A DNA stretch of 64,000 nucleotides, taken from assembly GCF_009914755.1 (NCBI RefSeq), contig NC_060935.1; one strand, written 5' to 3'. The notes under the pieces are model-generated. The model did not search any database. It saw nothing but the letters and a program-made list of their open reading frames with translations, and had not been told where the DNA came from. Shown in pieces: positions 13,831-27,565 of this stretch. Every line of letters begins with the position of its first letter. Positions within the stretch are counted from its first letter, which is position 1. A program made the position numbers and the translations under genes. This stretch comes from the human T2T-CHM13v2.0 reference genome, Homo sapiens.

Positions 13831-15564
13831 GCCCCTCAGGGTAACGGTGAAGTTGTTTGTAGGCCACTCTCACCTGCTCACCAGCACTAGCTATCTCTAT
13901 CTCTAAAAGAGTTAAGTTTATAGGTCCCTCATCCCTTCATTGGAACCTGGCTTTGGATCCATTCTAGGCTACAAATGTCCTGATGGGCTATGAACACCAT
14001 AGGGTTTGGTTAAATCCATGAAGGTACATTGCTGGGCAATGGGGGTAAAGAGATGAAGACCCATTCTTTCCCTGGAAGAGTTTATGATCTGGTACCCAAA
14101 GGGCTACGGGATCTTCTCACTTCCATTCTTTCTCTTTTAGTGGAAATAAGTGTAGAGATTCTTAAAAACATTCCTCTGCTTCTGGAAAAGGGTCTCTGGA
14201 GAGTGCAAGAGATCCATGAAAATCATGATATTCTCCCTTAGATTGGTCTACTGCCTCTGTGGAGAGTGCTCAAAGACTGCATCTCATGTGACCTTCCCCA
14301 TAGCCTGGGCAGGTAGGCGGATCTGAGATTGTTATCTCTGCTTCACCGGTGAGCAAACAGAAGCTCAAGACCTTTATTTTCTCCATATATTTGTTAAGTG
14401 TCGGCCACATGCCTGGCACTGGCTGGATGTTTCCACATCAGTTATCTTAAAAGATTAGATGACTTTGCAAGGTCATCTTTCTAGTGAATGTGACAGGGCA
14501 GGGTTCCTGGTTCAGGGCTCCTTCTACCACCCCAACTGGCTGGGGTAAAGTGCCTGTGATCTTGGCAAAGTCCTGCCCTGCTTTGGCGCCACCCTCTCTG
14601 CAGCCTGCATCTGACCTCCTCTTGGTAGATCTCCCTGTTAGAGACTATGCCCTCATGCTGCTTCTGGGTGTCCAAACTCTGGGCATTTCTCTATCATCTC
14701 TCCTAATTAGAGCTTCCTTATTATGGTTCCCATTCTGTCAGAATCCTTCTCTGTGCTGAAGGGGCAGTGAGTGACATGAAGTTAAACAGAGGAAATCTGC
14801 TACTCCAGGCTGTTATCCCCACAACCCTAGGATGGTGACAGGGCTCTGTAGTGGCACTCTCCCAGCCTGGACATGCCCCAGGGCACTCTACTGCATGCCC
14901 AGCTCCTCTGAATGAGTGTCTCACCTCCATCTACTGTCCACCCGCAATCCTACCATGGTTATAGTTGAGTTATTCCAACAGTTTCACAACCAGACTCCTT
15001 GCCTCTCATCTTCCTTCCTTCCATTCTCTCCTGCCAACCAACGTCAGATTCATTGTGTCAAAAGCCCATTTTCATTATGCCATTCCCAGGCTCAAAGACC
15101 TTTAGTTACTTTGAACTGTCCATAGAATAGAGTCCAAAATACTTAACTCTTTAATTATCTGAATCCAACAGACCTTCTGAAACTTATCTCCTGCTATACA
15201 TCTGTACACAATTGCCTTCTCTGGCTGTGCTGGCCTTCTCATTCTTCCCAGGCACACTCTGAATTTGCCTACCACCTCTCCATCTCAACCTCTCTATTCC
15301 TTTTTCCTGGAGGGTTCTTCTCCCCATTCGTCAGCAGCATAAATCCTGCCCATTATAATCTACTGAAATTTCTCCTTCCCCTGAATTGCCATATCTACCA
15401 CACACCCTTCCTGTCTGCTTGCCTGCCTTTCACAAGCGTGTATTAAGGACCCACTGCCTGCCAAGACCCGCACAAGGTGTTATTTAAACCTTTGATGGTG
15501 AAAGCAGCTGGGTTGTTATTTAACTTTGTTTTAAAATGCACATTTTATCTCACAAAACAGCCTT

Positions 15565-15820
15565 TGTGGTTAATGGCAGGTGCTTTGGAGTCTGATAACC
15601 AGTTTTTGAATATAGGATCCTTGATGATGTGCCATGTGTAATTTTAGACAAATAGATAACTATTCTGAGCTTCAATTCTCCATAAAATGCATATAATAAT
15701 AATAATAATAATAATACTTAACTCCTCAGGTTGTTGTAATGATGAAATAAAATATGTCTCATTTTAACCTGGTGCCTTGTATAAAGTAAGAATGATGAAT
15801 AAATGGTTGCTGCTCTTATG
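15565..15820 (+). mobile_element. MIR with (AAT)n
   Basis: gtggttaa..gctttggagtc...ctgagcttcaattctccataaaatg...(aat)n...ggttgttgtaatgatgaaataa. Confidence 0.7.
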
Positions 15821-16079
15821 ACTGTAATGATGATGATTATTTAGGGCAAAGATTATATCTCAGACTTTGAAATTATTTCTGATCTCTCCAGTTTATCATT
15901 AACACAGAAAGACCATGCAATAATTATCTGTTAAATGAATGAATGAAAAAGAAACCAAGGGGAGACCTTGGCAAATGCAACATTTAGTAAAGTCTGGCCA
16001 TGTGAAGCTTAATGGCTTTAACCTTGGCATCCTCATCCATTGTTATGGCTCCTACTGTCCTCTCTAAGTAGATGACACC

Positions 16080-17000
16080 TGTAGATAACTGTCTGCTGGA
16101 CATTGCTACTCAAATGTCCAATAGTCTTCCCAATTCCCACAAGTCCCTAACCAAATGAATCCTCTTTTCCCTCTTACTCCTTTTGAGCCTTTTTACTCTG
16201 CTGTCCTCCTGCTCTCTGTTACTCTGTATCTTCCAAGTTCAAAAACGTCCAGTCTTCTTTGATTCTTCTCTGTTAGTCAACCACAGCCAATTGGTCACCA
16301 AGTTCTGCTGATTGTGCCTGCTTCCTATTTTAAACATCTGTTCCATTATCTTCATATTATTGCTACTGCCTCGGATCAGATCATCCATCTTCACTTGAGC
16401 CACTGCACTGTTCTCCTAACTGGTCTCTCTACTGGATTTTCCCCATTCCATTTCATTTTTTCTGAAGCATGCCCAGATATATCACTTTCTTGCCCCCAAA
16501 TCTCTAATGGTCCCTGATGTCTGTAAAATAAAACCCAAACATCTTAGACTGGCACTTAAAGCCTTCCATGGGCTAGGCCCAAGCTGCCCTTTGAATTTCC
16601 CCTTTATTCTTTCCATGCTCCATCCAAACTGAAATATTTCCAATTTTGTATAAGGCCTGTACTTTCTTGAATACATGCCATTTTACTTCTCAATTTCTTT
16701 ATCTCCTTGATACAAATCTTACCACCCTTGCATGTTTCAAGGAACAGTTCAAAAAGCATTTCCCTCCAGGAAGCTTCCCTTCTGAATTTTATCACTTCCT
16801 TCTCTGAATTCCCATAGCATTTTCCTCACCTACTAAACCTATCACTCCCTTCCTTGTATTATAGTTATGTACATTTCCTTGTGCTTCACAGTAGCTTGAA
16901 GCTCTTCTAAGGCCAGTAATGGGTTGTGTCATCTTTGATTCATCAGCACTTAACTTGGTGTCTGTAATGTGATACACACTCACAAATGGTGGGCAATGTG
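16080..17000 (+). mobile_element. L2 remnant
   Basis: ctgtctgctggacattgctact...; ccaagttctgctgatt...; tccctccaggaagcttccct; ends with cacactcacaaatgg. Confidence 0.65.
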
Positions 17001-17499
17001 ATAGATCCAACAGAGAAAACAAAGTGTCTTCTGCGCTGAACAGAGTTCAGACCTGCTGTGGATTAACAAGTTCAGAGAGAAGACACTGCACCCTGTTTTT
17101 CGTGACATCAATGGACCTTACGCTGGGAGCCACTAGTTCTGCAAATTGTCAAAAGGCTGAGGGCAAACCTGGGCAGCATCCTTGAACTTTAAAGCCAAGC
17201 AAACTTTTCTACAACAACAGAATCACATTTTCCTTGTTTGGAAGAGTTTTATAATTCATAACTCCCCTGTCTCTCTGATGGCTCAGGGGAGGTTTGGGGG
17301 AGGCTGTGCCATATTCTTCCTTTGCCCACCTGCCTCAGACCTAAGGCCTTTTCTGAATTATTGCCCACACCCTTTAGTTTGGGTGGACCCAATGGGACTG
17401 ACCCAATACTGACCTGAGGATCAAATGTCCTTGCTTGCTCTGGAGCTTCCTTGGACTTGTAGCTATGGTCATAGCTACAAGGGTTGCCCACAGTGCTGT

Positions 17500-17600
17500 T
17501 TATACAACCCTCTTCTTCCTCTTTTGTTTCATCCTTCCTTCTCATCTTTCCTTTTATCCTCCTCCTCCTCTTCTTCTGCTTCTCCCTCTCTCTCTTTCTA
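17500..17600 (+). repeat. Pyrimidine-rich low-complexity tract
   Basis: About 100 nt that is almost exclusively C/T. Confidence 0.7.
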
Positions 17601-17619
17601 CCGCAAAAATAATGCACAC

Positions 17620-17780
17620 TTCTTAGTTTCAAATCTTGGTTCCACTTCTCCCTTGCAAAGAACCTAACCTCTCAGCTTCCTTGTCTATAAAATGGGGATA
17701 ACAATAGTCCCTACCTCTTACAGGGTTGCCATGAAAATCCAATGAGTTAATCTATGTAGAGCACTTGGCATCATACCGCA
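17620..17780 (+). mobile_element. MIR
   Basis: taacctctcagcttccttgtctataaaatggggataacaatagtccctacctc. Confidence 0.75.
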
Positions 17781-18169
17781 TGAGGTGGATACGATGATGT
17801 GCTGCCCAGATCCTCCTGCAGGAATGAAAGAGTTATTTTCCCAGCTGTATCCTCAGATATCAGCCCACTTAGGGGAATTTCCTCTACTGAAAAGAGCCAC
17901 CTTGCCCAAAGCCACACCTCCTTCCAAGGGCAGCCCCATATAGGAATCTAGAGACCCACTCCTCTGCCTCACTTCTGGATGCATTTGAAGGGCCATCCCA
18001 GGTCCAGAGCCTCCTCAGGGGCTCAGCGAGCCTTGCTTGAGATCTTACGGCAGCCCAACCTCTCCTTCTGCTCTATCCTGTTTCCTTCCTTGCCACAAGT
18101 GTTGACTGACAAAAGAGCACTCCCTAATACGTCTCTGAGACTGTTTTTCAGGAAATCTAACCTCTGACA
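17781..18169 (+). mobile_element. LTR16A-like ERVL solo LTR
   Basis: tg...gctgcccagatcc...gagccaccttgcccaaagccacac...cagcccaacctctccttctgc...aagagcactccctaata...aacctctgaca. Confidence 0.65.
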
Positions 18170-18898
18170 ATGAGCACAGAGTGGGGTTTAACACAGACTG
18201 GGCCAATGCATGATAGGTAGGCACTTGGCACTAGCAATCCGCTCTAAGTATAAACACCTAAGTGGCTGTTTACAGAGGATGTGCCCAGTAGCAGAGGAGG
18301 GTCCCTTGGCTCTCAGAACCTCCTCCTGCGAAGCTCCTGGGACTGGGGTGAGGGAGAGATTTAGGAGCTTGGGAAAACTGTTAGGGAGGAGGCTATTCTC
18401 AGCTGGACCTTCCTATAGGCTCCAGGCAATGGCCACTGTGGGAAAGAGTCAGAAAAGCAGTTCTCACTCCTCTTTGTGATTTACGCTGGACAGCTCAAGG
18501 CAGCCTGGCCTGGCCCGCCCCCTCCTTCCTGAAAAGCAAGTCCCACAAAACTTCGTGGTCTCCCCAGCCCTGGGCTTTGGCTCCATTTCCATCGCAGCCT
18601 ACTTTTCTTACATTGCAGTTTTCAACTCTGCTTTCTTGCTGGGAAACCATAGAAAGTCATTTTTTACTTTCTGAGTTGATTCAGAGGCTCCTCTGAACCA
18701 CTCCTCTTTCTAGGCAAGCAGCTAGCAACAGGCCTAAAGATACCTGTGCCTTGAAAAACTCTGTCTCCCCCACTTAGCAGTTGCTGGAGAAATGACTTAG
18801 AACCACAGCTCTGGGCTGGGCACCAACACTTAATTGTGGGTAACCTCAGACAAGTCACTTAACCTCAGTTTGCTCATCTGAGACACAACCCTATACAT

Positions 18899-19510
<612 letters not shown>

Positions 19511-19779
19511 TCACTCCTACACATTCTTCAGGACCCACATTGGGGGTTTCAGAAGTCCTTACTCCAACTTCTCCCAGTGACTGTGGGAACAGAATGAAGT
19601 AGTGAAGAAGAGGTTCTGCATCAGTTCCCAAGTGCTATGAAAGAATGATGAGCAGAGACTCCCTACCTAGGTAGGGAGACCTTCCTCTCCACTTTCTAAA
19701 GTAACTGAAAAATACACATCAGAAAACAAGAAAGACTGTGGCTTGGAAATTCTAAACCTTTAAAAGGGCACCTAGGGGT

Positions 19780-20080
19780 GGGGGGGGAGGAACCTCCAGA
19801 AAAAGGCCAGTGGGTAGGGCAGGGAGGGGTCTGGGGTAAGCCAGAGGCAGTCCAATCAGCTCTAGTGGACCTGTTCACATGCCAAACTACAGGCCCAATA
19901 TTCAGAGCTCCTGGCTTTTCCAGAGAAGCCAGAAATCCAAGTGCTTGGATATATATTTCTCATGAAATCTCCTGATTTAAAAATGTTGCCTACAAATTCA
20001 AAATGTTGGAAAACCACTAAGAGCCAAATCAAATATGTTTAGGGGTCGAATCATTTGACTGCTCATTTGTGGCCTGTGAT
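19780..20080 (-). mobile_element. MER102-like hAT-Charlie DNA transposon
   Basis: cagagaagccagaaatcc...tgaaatctcctgatttaaaaatgttg...aattcaaa...gccaaatcaaatatgtt. Confidence 0.65.
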
Positions 20081-20473
20081 TCCCAGGTAAGGGAGCCCCC
20101 TCAGGCCCTGACTGTACTGCGGTGTGGGCTACAGCTGCCTCCACCACCTCCAGTGATGACAATATCCATTCAAGTGCCCTTCGATGTGTATAGACTTTAT
20201 CATAGTTAATCCTCACAATAGGAAAGCAAAGCTCAGAGAGGATATCTGCACACGCAGCAGGTAAGTGAAGCTTCATGGCCAGAATCCAGGGCTGTCTTAT
20301 TGCAAAGCTGGGTCTGATTCCTCTACATAGTCGCTGGGACTGATCTCCAGGTTTCTTCAAAGTGAGACAGGAATAAAGGATGGAGGTGGTCCCAGGCACT
20401 CACCTGTGTACTCTGCGGTACCACAGGGTGGGTGGGCAGCCAGTCACCTGTCTGCCCCTTGTCCTCTGGGGTC

Positions 20474-20612
20474 CTCTCTTTGGCAGCACAGATGCAATGT
20501 ACTGTCACTGTTTCTGGATCAGTCTTTCTAACTAGACTTCGAGCTCCTTGAGTATGGGCTCCTATACATTCTCTGTATCTGAACCTCCAGGGAGCTCTTC
20601 CAGAGTAGATGT
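20474..20612 (+). repeat. 139-bp direct repeat, copy 1
   Basis: Gapless match to 21771-21909 with 11 mismatches (hand alignment). Confidence 0.95.
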
Positions 20613-21770
20613 TTACTAAAAGATGGTTGAATGCAACTGAATTCACTATCATGGTCCCGGATCTGCTCATGCAACTTAACATTCTCCTAGAGGCTCTGGA
20701 TGTCTCTCTTATTTGGGGCCTGCTGGAGTCCTACCTCTTCCAGGGTGCCCAAAGCCCTGTTTCTCTTCCTCTAAAATCACAGCGGTTGTGGTCTTCATCT
20801 CTTTGGCAATTAGCATTCAGTATTTAGAAGGTTCTCAAAATATGTTTATTGAAGTCAATAGATATTTAGCTCCTAAGGTTCTATTTTGAATTTACATCTT
20901 GGTTTCCCAACCACAATACGAAGCAATTTGAGGGCAGAGTCCATGTTTTTCTCATTTTGCATTCCTCACAGCAAGGCCCTTGATACAGTTGTGCCCTGAT
21001 AAGAGGAACAATTGAAACCTGAAATTGAGTCCATGATCCCCTCACCAAGCCCCTGTGTCAGGTTGGAGGAAAGGGTGCCTTTTTGTTAAACAGAGGTACC
21101 TTTTCATCATTCTTTCTAGTTCCTCATAATTTGCACAAAAGCACCGAAAATATTAGTGGAGAACCTCCTGGCACAGTATCTGTGACATGGAAGATGCTCA
21201 GCATGTCTATCAACTGAATTCATCCAACTCTGTGTAAGCATCTACTGAGTGCCTCCTATGTCCAAGTTTTCCCCATGGTTGAACTGTCCAGGAATGTGAG
21301 TGAAAGAGATAACTTTACAGGACCCCAGCAGCATATCCACTCAGATTAGTCCATCCAGTAAGCTGGCTTCCCTTAATGTCCTCAAGATTTTATTATAGAT
21401 TCATGCTAGACATGCTGTGGAAACTTGCTTCTCTGGGCCTGGGACCAAAACCTGCAGGGCCTGCAGGACATATACCTGGAGTCTAAGCAGATAAGCAGGA
21501 GGGAGAAGCACAAGGCAAAATGATACCCAGACACAGATGTAAAAAATGAGCTAGGACTAGGGCCTTGGCTATGGCTCGAGCCTGGCTCCTGAGGGCCAAG
21601 GTTCTGTCCCCAACCTGGTCTGTTTTTAAGTAATATCATTCCCTGGAGAGAACCAGGAGTGGGTAGGACATAAAGGGAGGTAGACAGAAAGAAGCTATAT
21701 TTGGTGTCCAGTGGAGAAGGGTGGAGGGGCTCAGGGAATGGGCAGGGAAAAAGAGAGAGAGGCCATGGTT

Positions 21771-21909
21771 CTCTCTTTGGCAGCACAGACACAGTGTACT
21801 GTCACTGTTTCTGGATCAGTCTTTCTAACTAGACTTTGAGCTCCTCAAATATGGGCCCATATACCTTCTCTGTATCTGAACTTCCAGGGAGCTCTTCCAG
21901 AGTAGATGT
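21771..21909 (+). repeat. 139-bp direct repeat, copy 2
   Basis: Gapless match to 20474-20612. Confidence 0.95.
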
Positions 21910-22220
21910 GTTGGAGTACCATGGCCTCCCAGGCAAGGCAGGGTGATGTGAGCATTGGCCTTGGAAGTTCCTTGTACTATGCTTGGTCAGCACCAACCCC
22001 TCCCCAGCTCAGGTGCCAAAAAATGCCCTTACCACCCAGCCAGTGGATGTTCTGCATTTTTGCCACACCCATTTTGTTTCCAGAAGTAACAATGATCTTA
22101 GATACCAGAACCCCTCAAACTCCTCCATAGACATCTCTATAGCAGGAGGAGATCTGGGGATTTAGCCAGAGGCTAATACATTTCTACAAAGTTGCATGTT
22201 TTATGTATAAAAATTAACAT

Positions 22221-22510
22221 CACTAGGCACGGTGGCTCACGCCTGTAATCCCAGAATTTTGGGAGGCGTCGATGGACAGATCACTTGGGCCCAGAAATTC
22301 AAGACCAGTCAGGGCAACATGGCAAAACCCTATCTCTGCAAAAAAATACAAAAAATTACCCAGGCATAGTGGCCCATGCCTGTCGTCCCAGCTACGGGGG
22401 AGGCTGAGGTGGGAGGATCACCTGAGCCCAGGAGATTGAGGTTGCAATAATCTGTGACTGCACTCCAACCTGGACGACAGAGTGAGACTCTGTCTCAAAA
22501 AAAAAAAAAA
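22221..22510 (+). mobile_element. AluJ
   Basis: Diverged Alu with ggaggatcacctgagcccagg in the right arm, and an A tail. Confidence 0.9.
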
Positions 22511-23310
22511 TATGGCAACTTTTGCATTCTATAACGTATATTGTTTGGTATACAGAAATGTTTTCTTCTTAAATTTTTGAGTAAAATGGATGCTCCTGGA
22601 AGAAGTGGCAGGTTTATTTTGTCATTCTACATTTATGCCCCTCATCCCCACCCCCACACTGCTGTGTACTCCCAGGGTACACATACCCAAGTGTGAAGAT
22701 ATTGTCCATCATAGGCTTTTACTCTTGGTACAGAATGTCCTCACTCCACAGCCTAGTCTCTCCACTACCTAACTGTCCACAGCCTACCCCTAAATTCAAG
22801 GCCCAGCTCCACTGTCACTTCCCCCAGGAAGTCATCCCTGAATCTCCTCAGGCTAAAAATCGTCATTGCCTCTAGAAGAACACCCTCAGTTCTTTTCGTG
22901 TACTTTATTTATCTCTGGACAAGTTCCACCTTGTTAGTCTTTTGTGCCTTTGGCTTATTTTCCATATAACATGTCAGCTACTCGAGAAGAGGGTCTATGC
23001 CTGATTTCTCTCTGCGTCTACCATGGAAACTGGCACCATATATTTAGCAAGGACTCAACACATGCTGAACATATCTTCAGACTAATAATCACAATAATGA
23101 AGGGCAATGTCACATGGATGCCTGGTTAATGCAAACCTCTGCTCTGTGGTGTATTTGTACTTGGCTATAACAGGTCTGTGGCTTAGGAATGGGAGGTAGT
23201 ATGCTGCCTTCAGTGTCATAATGGCTCATTTTATAGATGGAAATGACTCTGGTTTAGGCTGAAATGATTCACCCAACAATGATTAAATAGCAATGAAAAC
23301 GGGATCATAC

Positions 23311-23386
23311 CTTAATATTGTCTTCTGGCCAAGAATTCAGCATTGTTGCAAGATGACCTTTGTCATGAATGGTGATGAACAGTCCA
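23311..23386 (-). CDS. ME3: ME3 internal coding exon (76 nt): (R)GLFITIHDKGHLATMLNSWPEDNIK
   Basis: tttatttcttttag|T GGA CTG TTC ATC ACC ATT CAT GAC AAA GGT ... GAC AAT ATT AAG|gtatga. It begins with 1 nt completing a split codon (phase 2) and ends in phase 0, joining in frame to the 162-nt exon. Confidence 0.97.
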
Positions 23387-23917
23387 CTAAAAGAAATAAA
23401 ACACGTACACACAGAGAAACCAGGCAGTCAGATTAGGAACTGAGCAAAGTCCATAGTACTAGGTATTGCATTAATTAAATTTGCCCATAGACCTGGGCAA
23501 GAAAGATTCCTGCCCGAGGCCCCAGCAGTTTAGAGGGTCATCCTCTGGCTTTCTTCCAATTGCTTCTCTCCACAGGGCAAGGAGTCCATGGGGCCATGGG
23601 GTGTGCCCACATGGAGACTGTGCTCCCCAGAGTCTGTGCCCTTTTTTCCTTCCTCTAGACCAGTACCCAAGATGCCAGAATTCCCTGACCAAATGACCCC
23701 AAGGCTGATTCCAGGGACTGTTTGGGCCTCTTTTCCAGGTCCCTCCTCCCAAGTACAGACCACACTGCAGTAGCTGGATCCCTAGGCCTGAGTCCGTGAC
23801 TGAAACTTGGACATGGGGGTTGGGATGTTCAGACACATGTGCATGAGGTTCTTGCAGTGGGGGATGGAGCTGGGGATGGGAAGAGAGGTTAGTGACAGTC
23901 TTGAGCTACTCCATCAT

Positions 23918-23920
<3 letters not shown>

Positions 23921-23949
<29 letters not shown>
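23921..23949. repeat. (CA)n microsatellite, about 14 units
   Basis: Direct reading. Confidence 0.95.
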
Positions 23950-23952
<3 letters not shown>

Positions 23953-25064
23953 GCGAAGGCAATGGGGTTTGGTCAAGAGCAGACAGATATTGGAGGGGAA
24001 TCAAGCTTTGAAAGCAGGAATTATACCTTTTGGGATTTGCAAGTTTGCAGCTTTTTGCCTGAAGGCAGTCCAATCTGCAGGCAACTTGGGGCAACAGGAG
24101 GCCAAAGTCTTAATAGCTTGAGGTATCAGATAATAGAGTTGGGGCTAGAAGAGAAGCCAGGAAATGAAGAGGGGGTGGGTTCTGGAAGGGAATAAGCCAC
24201 AGAAAGGATAAACTCCCCAATCTACCCAAATTATTGGCTGACCACTAAACTATGCACACACAGGGGGATTGGCAAAAAAAAAAAAAAAAAAAGTACGGCT
24301 GGAATCTGAAAGAACCAAGCAGAGATTTAAGTTGTTGCTGATTAGGAGAGACAGAGTTGAGAATTTGAGTCCAGCCAAATCAACTCCCTCCTAGAACAAA
24401 CATTACTCATCTGAGAAATAAAAGAGAATCCAGAGTCCATAGAATCTAGGGTACATTGAAGTCCATTGTAATATTCTGCTTACTTTATATATGTAAGAAA
24501 TTTTCCATAATAAAAAAATTAAAACAAAATAAAACACCAAAAAAATCACTGAACCCCAAACTGTTCTTGACCTCCACATTTCTTGCCAGGACTGTTCTTT
24601 CACTCTCCTCCCTTCCATTGCCAAACTTCCTAAAAGCATTGCCTACACTAACTGCTTCCATTTGTTCATCTTCCATTCATTTCTCAACCCACTGCAGTAT
24701 GTCTTGTCTCAACATCGTCCTACCAAAACTGCTCTTGCAAAGGCTACCAATGACCTTCACATTCCTAAGTGCAACGAACACTCATCAGTCCCCATTTCCT
24801 TTGTCTTCTTGGTAGCATCTGACACTTTTCATCACTCCCCTACCCAACATTTGGCTTTTGTGACTCCATTTTCTTTGAGTTTTCCTCCTACTTCTCTGTG
24901 GCTCCTTCTCAGTCTCTTATGTTGGGTAAGTCATCCCGCCATTATGCATTAAAGTTCCTCAAAAATCTGTACTATGCCACTTTTTTTCTTACTCTTATTC
25001 TTTCTATTTGTGATCTTATAAATACCCAAGGCTTTTGGCCAATGACTCTCAAATATCTATAGAC

Positions 25065-25288
25065 CAGCGTTTCTCACCTTTGGCACTATTGACATTTTGG
25101 GTTGGATAATTCTTTGCTGTGAGGGGTGTGGTTGTCCTGCACATTGTAGCATGTTTGGCAACATCCTTGGCCTCTACTTTCCAGATACCAATAGCACCTC
25201 TCACTACATTGTGACAACCAAGAATATCTCCAGACGTTGGCAAATGTCCCCTGGAGGAAAAAAATTATCCCTGATTTTAGAGCCACTG
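25065..25288 (-). mobile_element. MER20 DNA transposon (complete)
   Basis: cagcgtttctcacctttggcactattgacattttgg ... gcaaatgtcccctgg...agagccactg. Degenerate 8-bp hAT TSD ctatagac/cactagac. Confidence 0.9.
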
Positions 25289-25939
25289 CACTAGACCTTT
25301 TATTTAACTGCCTACCTGATATTTCCCTGTGCATACCTCAAAGGTACTTCAAACTTAGCATGTACCAAACCAAATTTATCATCTAATCTTCCACCATTAT
25401 GACTCAAAGACAAGAAAAAACAAAGACTCAAGACAAAACTGATTCTCTTTCCTACTCCCTTTCTCAGTGAATATTTCCCCGACATAACTAATTTAACAAT
25501 TCCAACCCCTTGAAATCATCCTTGATGGTCTCCTCCCTTCTTTTATACAACCCGTTGCCAAGTTCTTCATTTGTACTTTCTAAATAACTCCTGGTTCAAA
25601 CACTTCTTTCATCAGTAACACTACCTCCTTTATCCACGCTTCCAATATCTGTTGCCTGAAGTGCTGCAATAATCTTGTAACATCCACTCTTGCCTCTCTC
25701 CTATTTTCTATATGCTAGTGAGAGTGATGTTCTTGAAATCAATGACTCATTGTTTTACTTCTTGTGCTAAAAATAGAATAAAGACCAAAGTCCTCAACAC
25801 GCCTACAGAATCTTGTCTGGGTCTTGCCAACTTCCTTACTTCATCTTGTTCCACTCCTCTTCTCACTCCACACTCTTCAGCCACACTGGTCTTTTTCCAT
25901 TCCTTTATGTGCCATGTTCTTCCTACTCCAGTGCTACTT

Positions 25940-26697
25940 TGAAACCGCCTTTGCAAAGATTATGACAGTGAGAGAAATCTAGCATGGCTGACTTCATTTT
26001 GCTTCTAGTCTCACAGGCTGGCTGTCCTCACTCATTATTGGGCAGGGCCAGGCTAACCATGGGAGGAATTTAGTTTCTAATTTAACTTTGAAGCAAGTGT
26101 GATAATAGTCTCTCCATGAAACTGATCCCTTCCTTGTTCAGTTTTGGGGGCTGAAACTGCCTTTGTAAGACTAAGGAAAGGCCGCAAGATTAGGATTATG
26201 GAAAGGGCCTGACCTCTGCTGAAATGTAGGCATAGTTTCTATAATCCCTTACTGCTCAACAGCCATGTGGCTCGAGGTCACAAGATTTTTGACTTCCCTA
26301 GTTGCTCCTGTAGATAACATCACTATTGTAGGACCTAAGATTGGTCTTTTGAGATGTTTTTCAGATTTTTGCATTCTGGCAACCAGCTGACCCCACCAAG
26401 ACCCATGACTCATGACTCAAATGGTCCTGTGGCCCCTACCTGGAGGTGGACTCAGTGCGCAAGAACCATTTTCCACACTCTTATCATTTCATCCCCAATC
26501 AGCAGTGCCCATTCCCTAGCCTCCTGCCCACCAAATTATCCATAAAATCCCTAGCCTCTGAGTTCTCAGGAGGCTAAGCCACTCCCTCCTCTCAGCTGCC
26601 TTGTGTTAATTAAACCCTTCCTTTACTGCAATACCATGGTCTTCGTGAATTGCTTTTGTCTGTACAGTGGGCAAGAAGAACCCATTGGGCAATTACA
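25940..26697 (+). mobile_element. LTR8A-like ERV1 solo LTR
   Basis: TGAAACCGCCTTTGCAAAGATTATGACAGTGAGAGAAATCT start and ...cccattgggcaattaCA end. Near-TSD actt/agtt. Confidence 0.85.
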
Positions 26698-27329
26698 AGT
26701 TCACATACCATTCCTTCTGCCTAATACGCATGCTTCTCCTCACTCTTTAGTTAATTCATACTCATGCTCTTGATAACTTCCAATTCAAAGTAGAGGCTCT
26801 CTCCTGTATGCTCTCAAAGTACTCCATCCCTACATAAACAAACTTGTCACATTTATTTGTGTGGCTATTTGATTAATAATCCCCATCGCCCTCATTAGAC
26901 TGTGAACTTCAGAGGGCAAAGTGTGCATCTATTTTTGTTGTTATTATTCACCACTATATCCCTAAACTTAGTCCATAATAGATGTGCAATGCACAATTTC
27001 TGAATAAATGGAAAATGGATACATTAAAGATGATAATGATAGTTGAGGGATGAGGATGAAAAGTGTTGAATAAAGCTGGAAGAGAGTTGGAACAAAGGCA
27101 ACTTGTGTGTGTGCTATGTTGTATCATGTTCAAGGGATCATGTGGGTTGTGCTGTTGCCTGTGGCTTAGAGCAGGAAAATAAGCATGTGGAGATGGTAGA
27201 TGAACCAGGAAAGAGGAAAACACCAGACTTTAAGACTTGGGGAGTGCAGGGCTCCATTTACCGCACTAAAGTGGGGCAGGGTAGGTATTTGAATTAACTT
27301 ACTCATAAGGTTTGAGAGCAAGGTCCAGG

Positions 27330-27565
27330 TGAAGGGTACCAGAATATGCCATCCTAAAATGTGTCTGTTTGACCTGTAGATTATTTTGAGCTAAAGACCA
27401 TCTAGAATAACCAGAGGCAGGAAAAGCTCTAAAAACAGGGCACAAGTTTTTCTTTTGTAAAGGAAATTTACTTCTGTAAAGGAAATCTCCACTTGAAGAG
27501 ATGCCTCCTTCTCTCTTACCAGGAAGAGGAAGACTCTTAACAACTCTTATCAATGGAGAAGGCAA
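27330..27565 (+). mobile_element. MER34-family LTR, 5' part
   Basis: tgaagggtaccagaatatgccatcctaaaat...attattttgagctaaag...gcaggaaaagctctaaaaacag. Confidence 0.65.

Larger units (their letters stand above)
24550..27010 (+). mobile_element. Long L2 remnant interrupted by MER20 and LTR8A
   Basis: ccaaaactgctcttgcaaaggctaccaatgaccttcacatt; acttcaaacttagcatgtaccaaacc; attagactgtgaacttcagagggc; ends with tgaataaatg. Confidence 0.75.

Noticed and set aside
17249-17632. Lys/Arg/Glu-rich 127-aa ORF
   Set aside because: It is the translation of a low-complexity purine tract.
24190-24540. Apparent L1M 5'-region remnant abutting an L1M 3' end
   Set aside because: It is too diverged to assign confidently without RepeatMasker.
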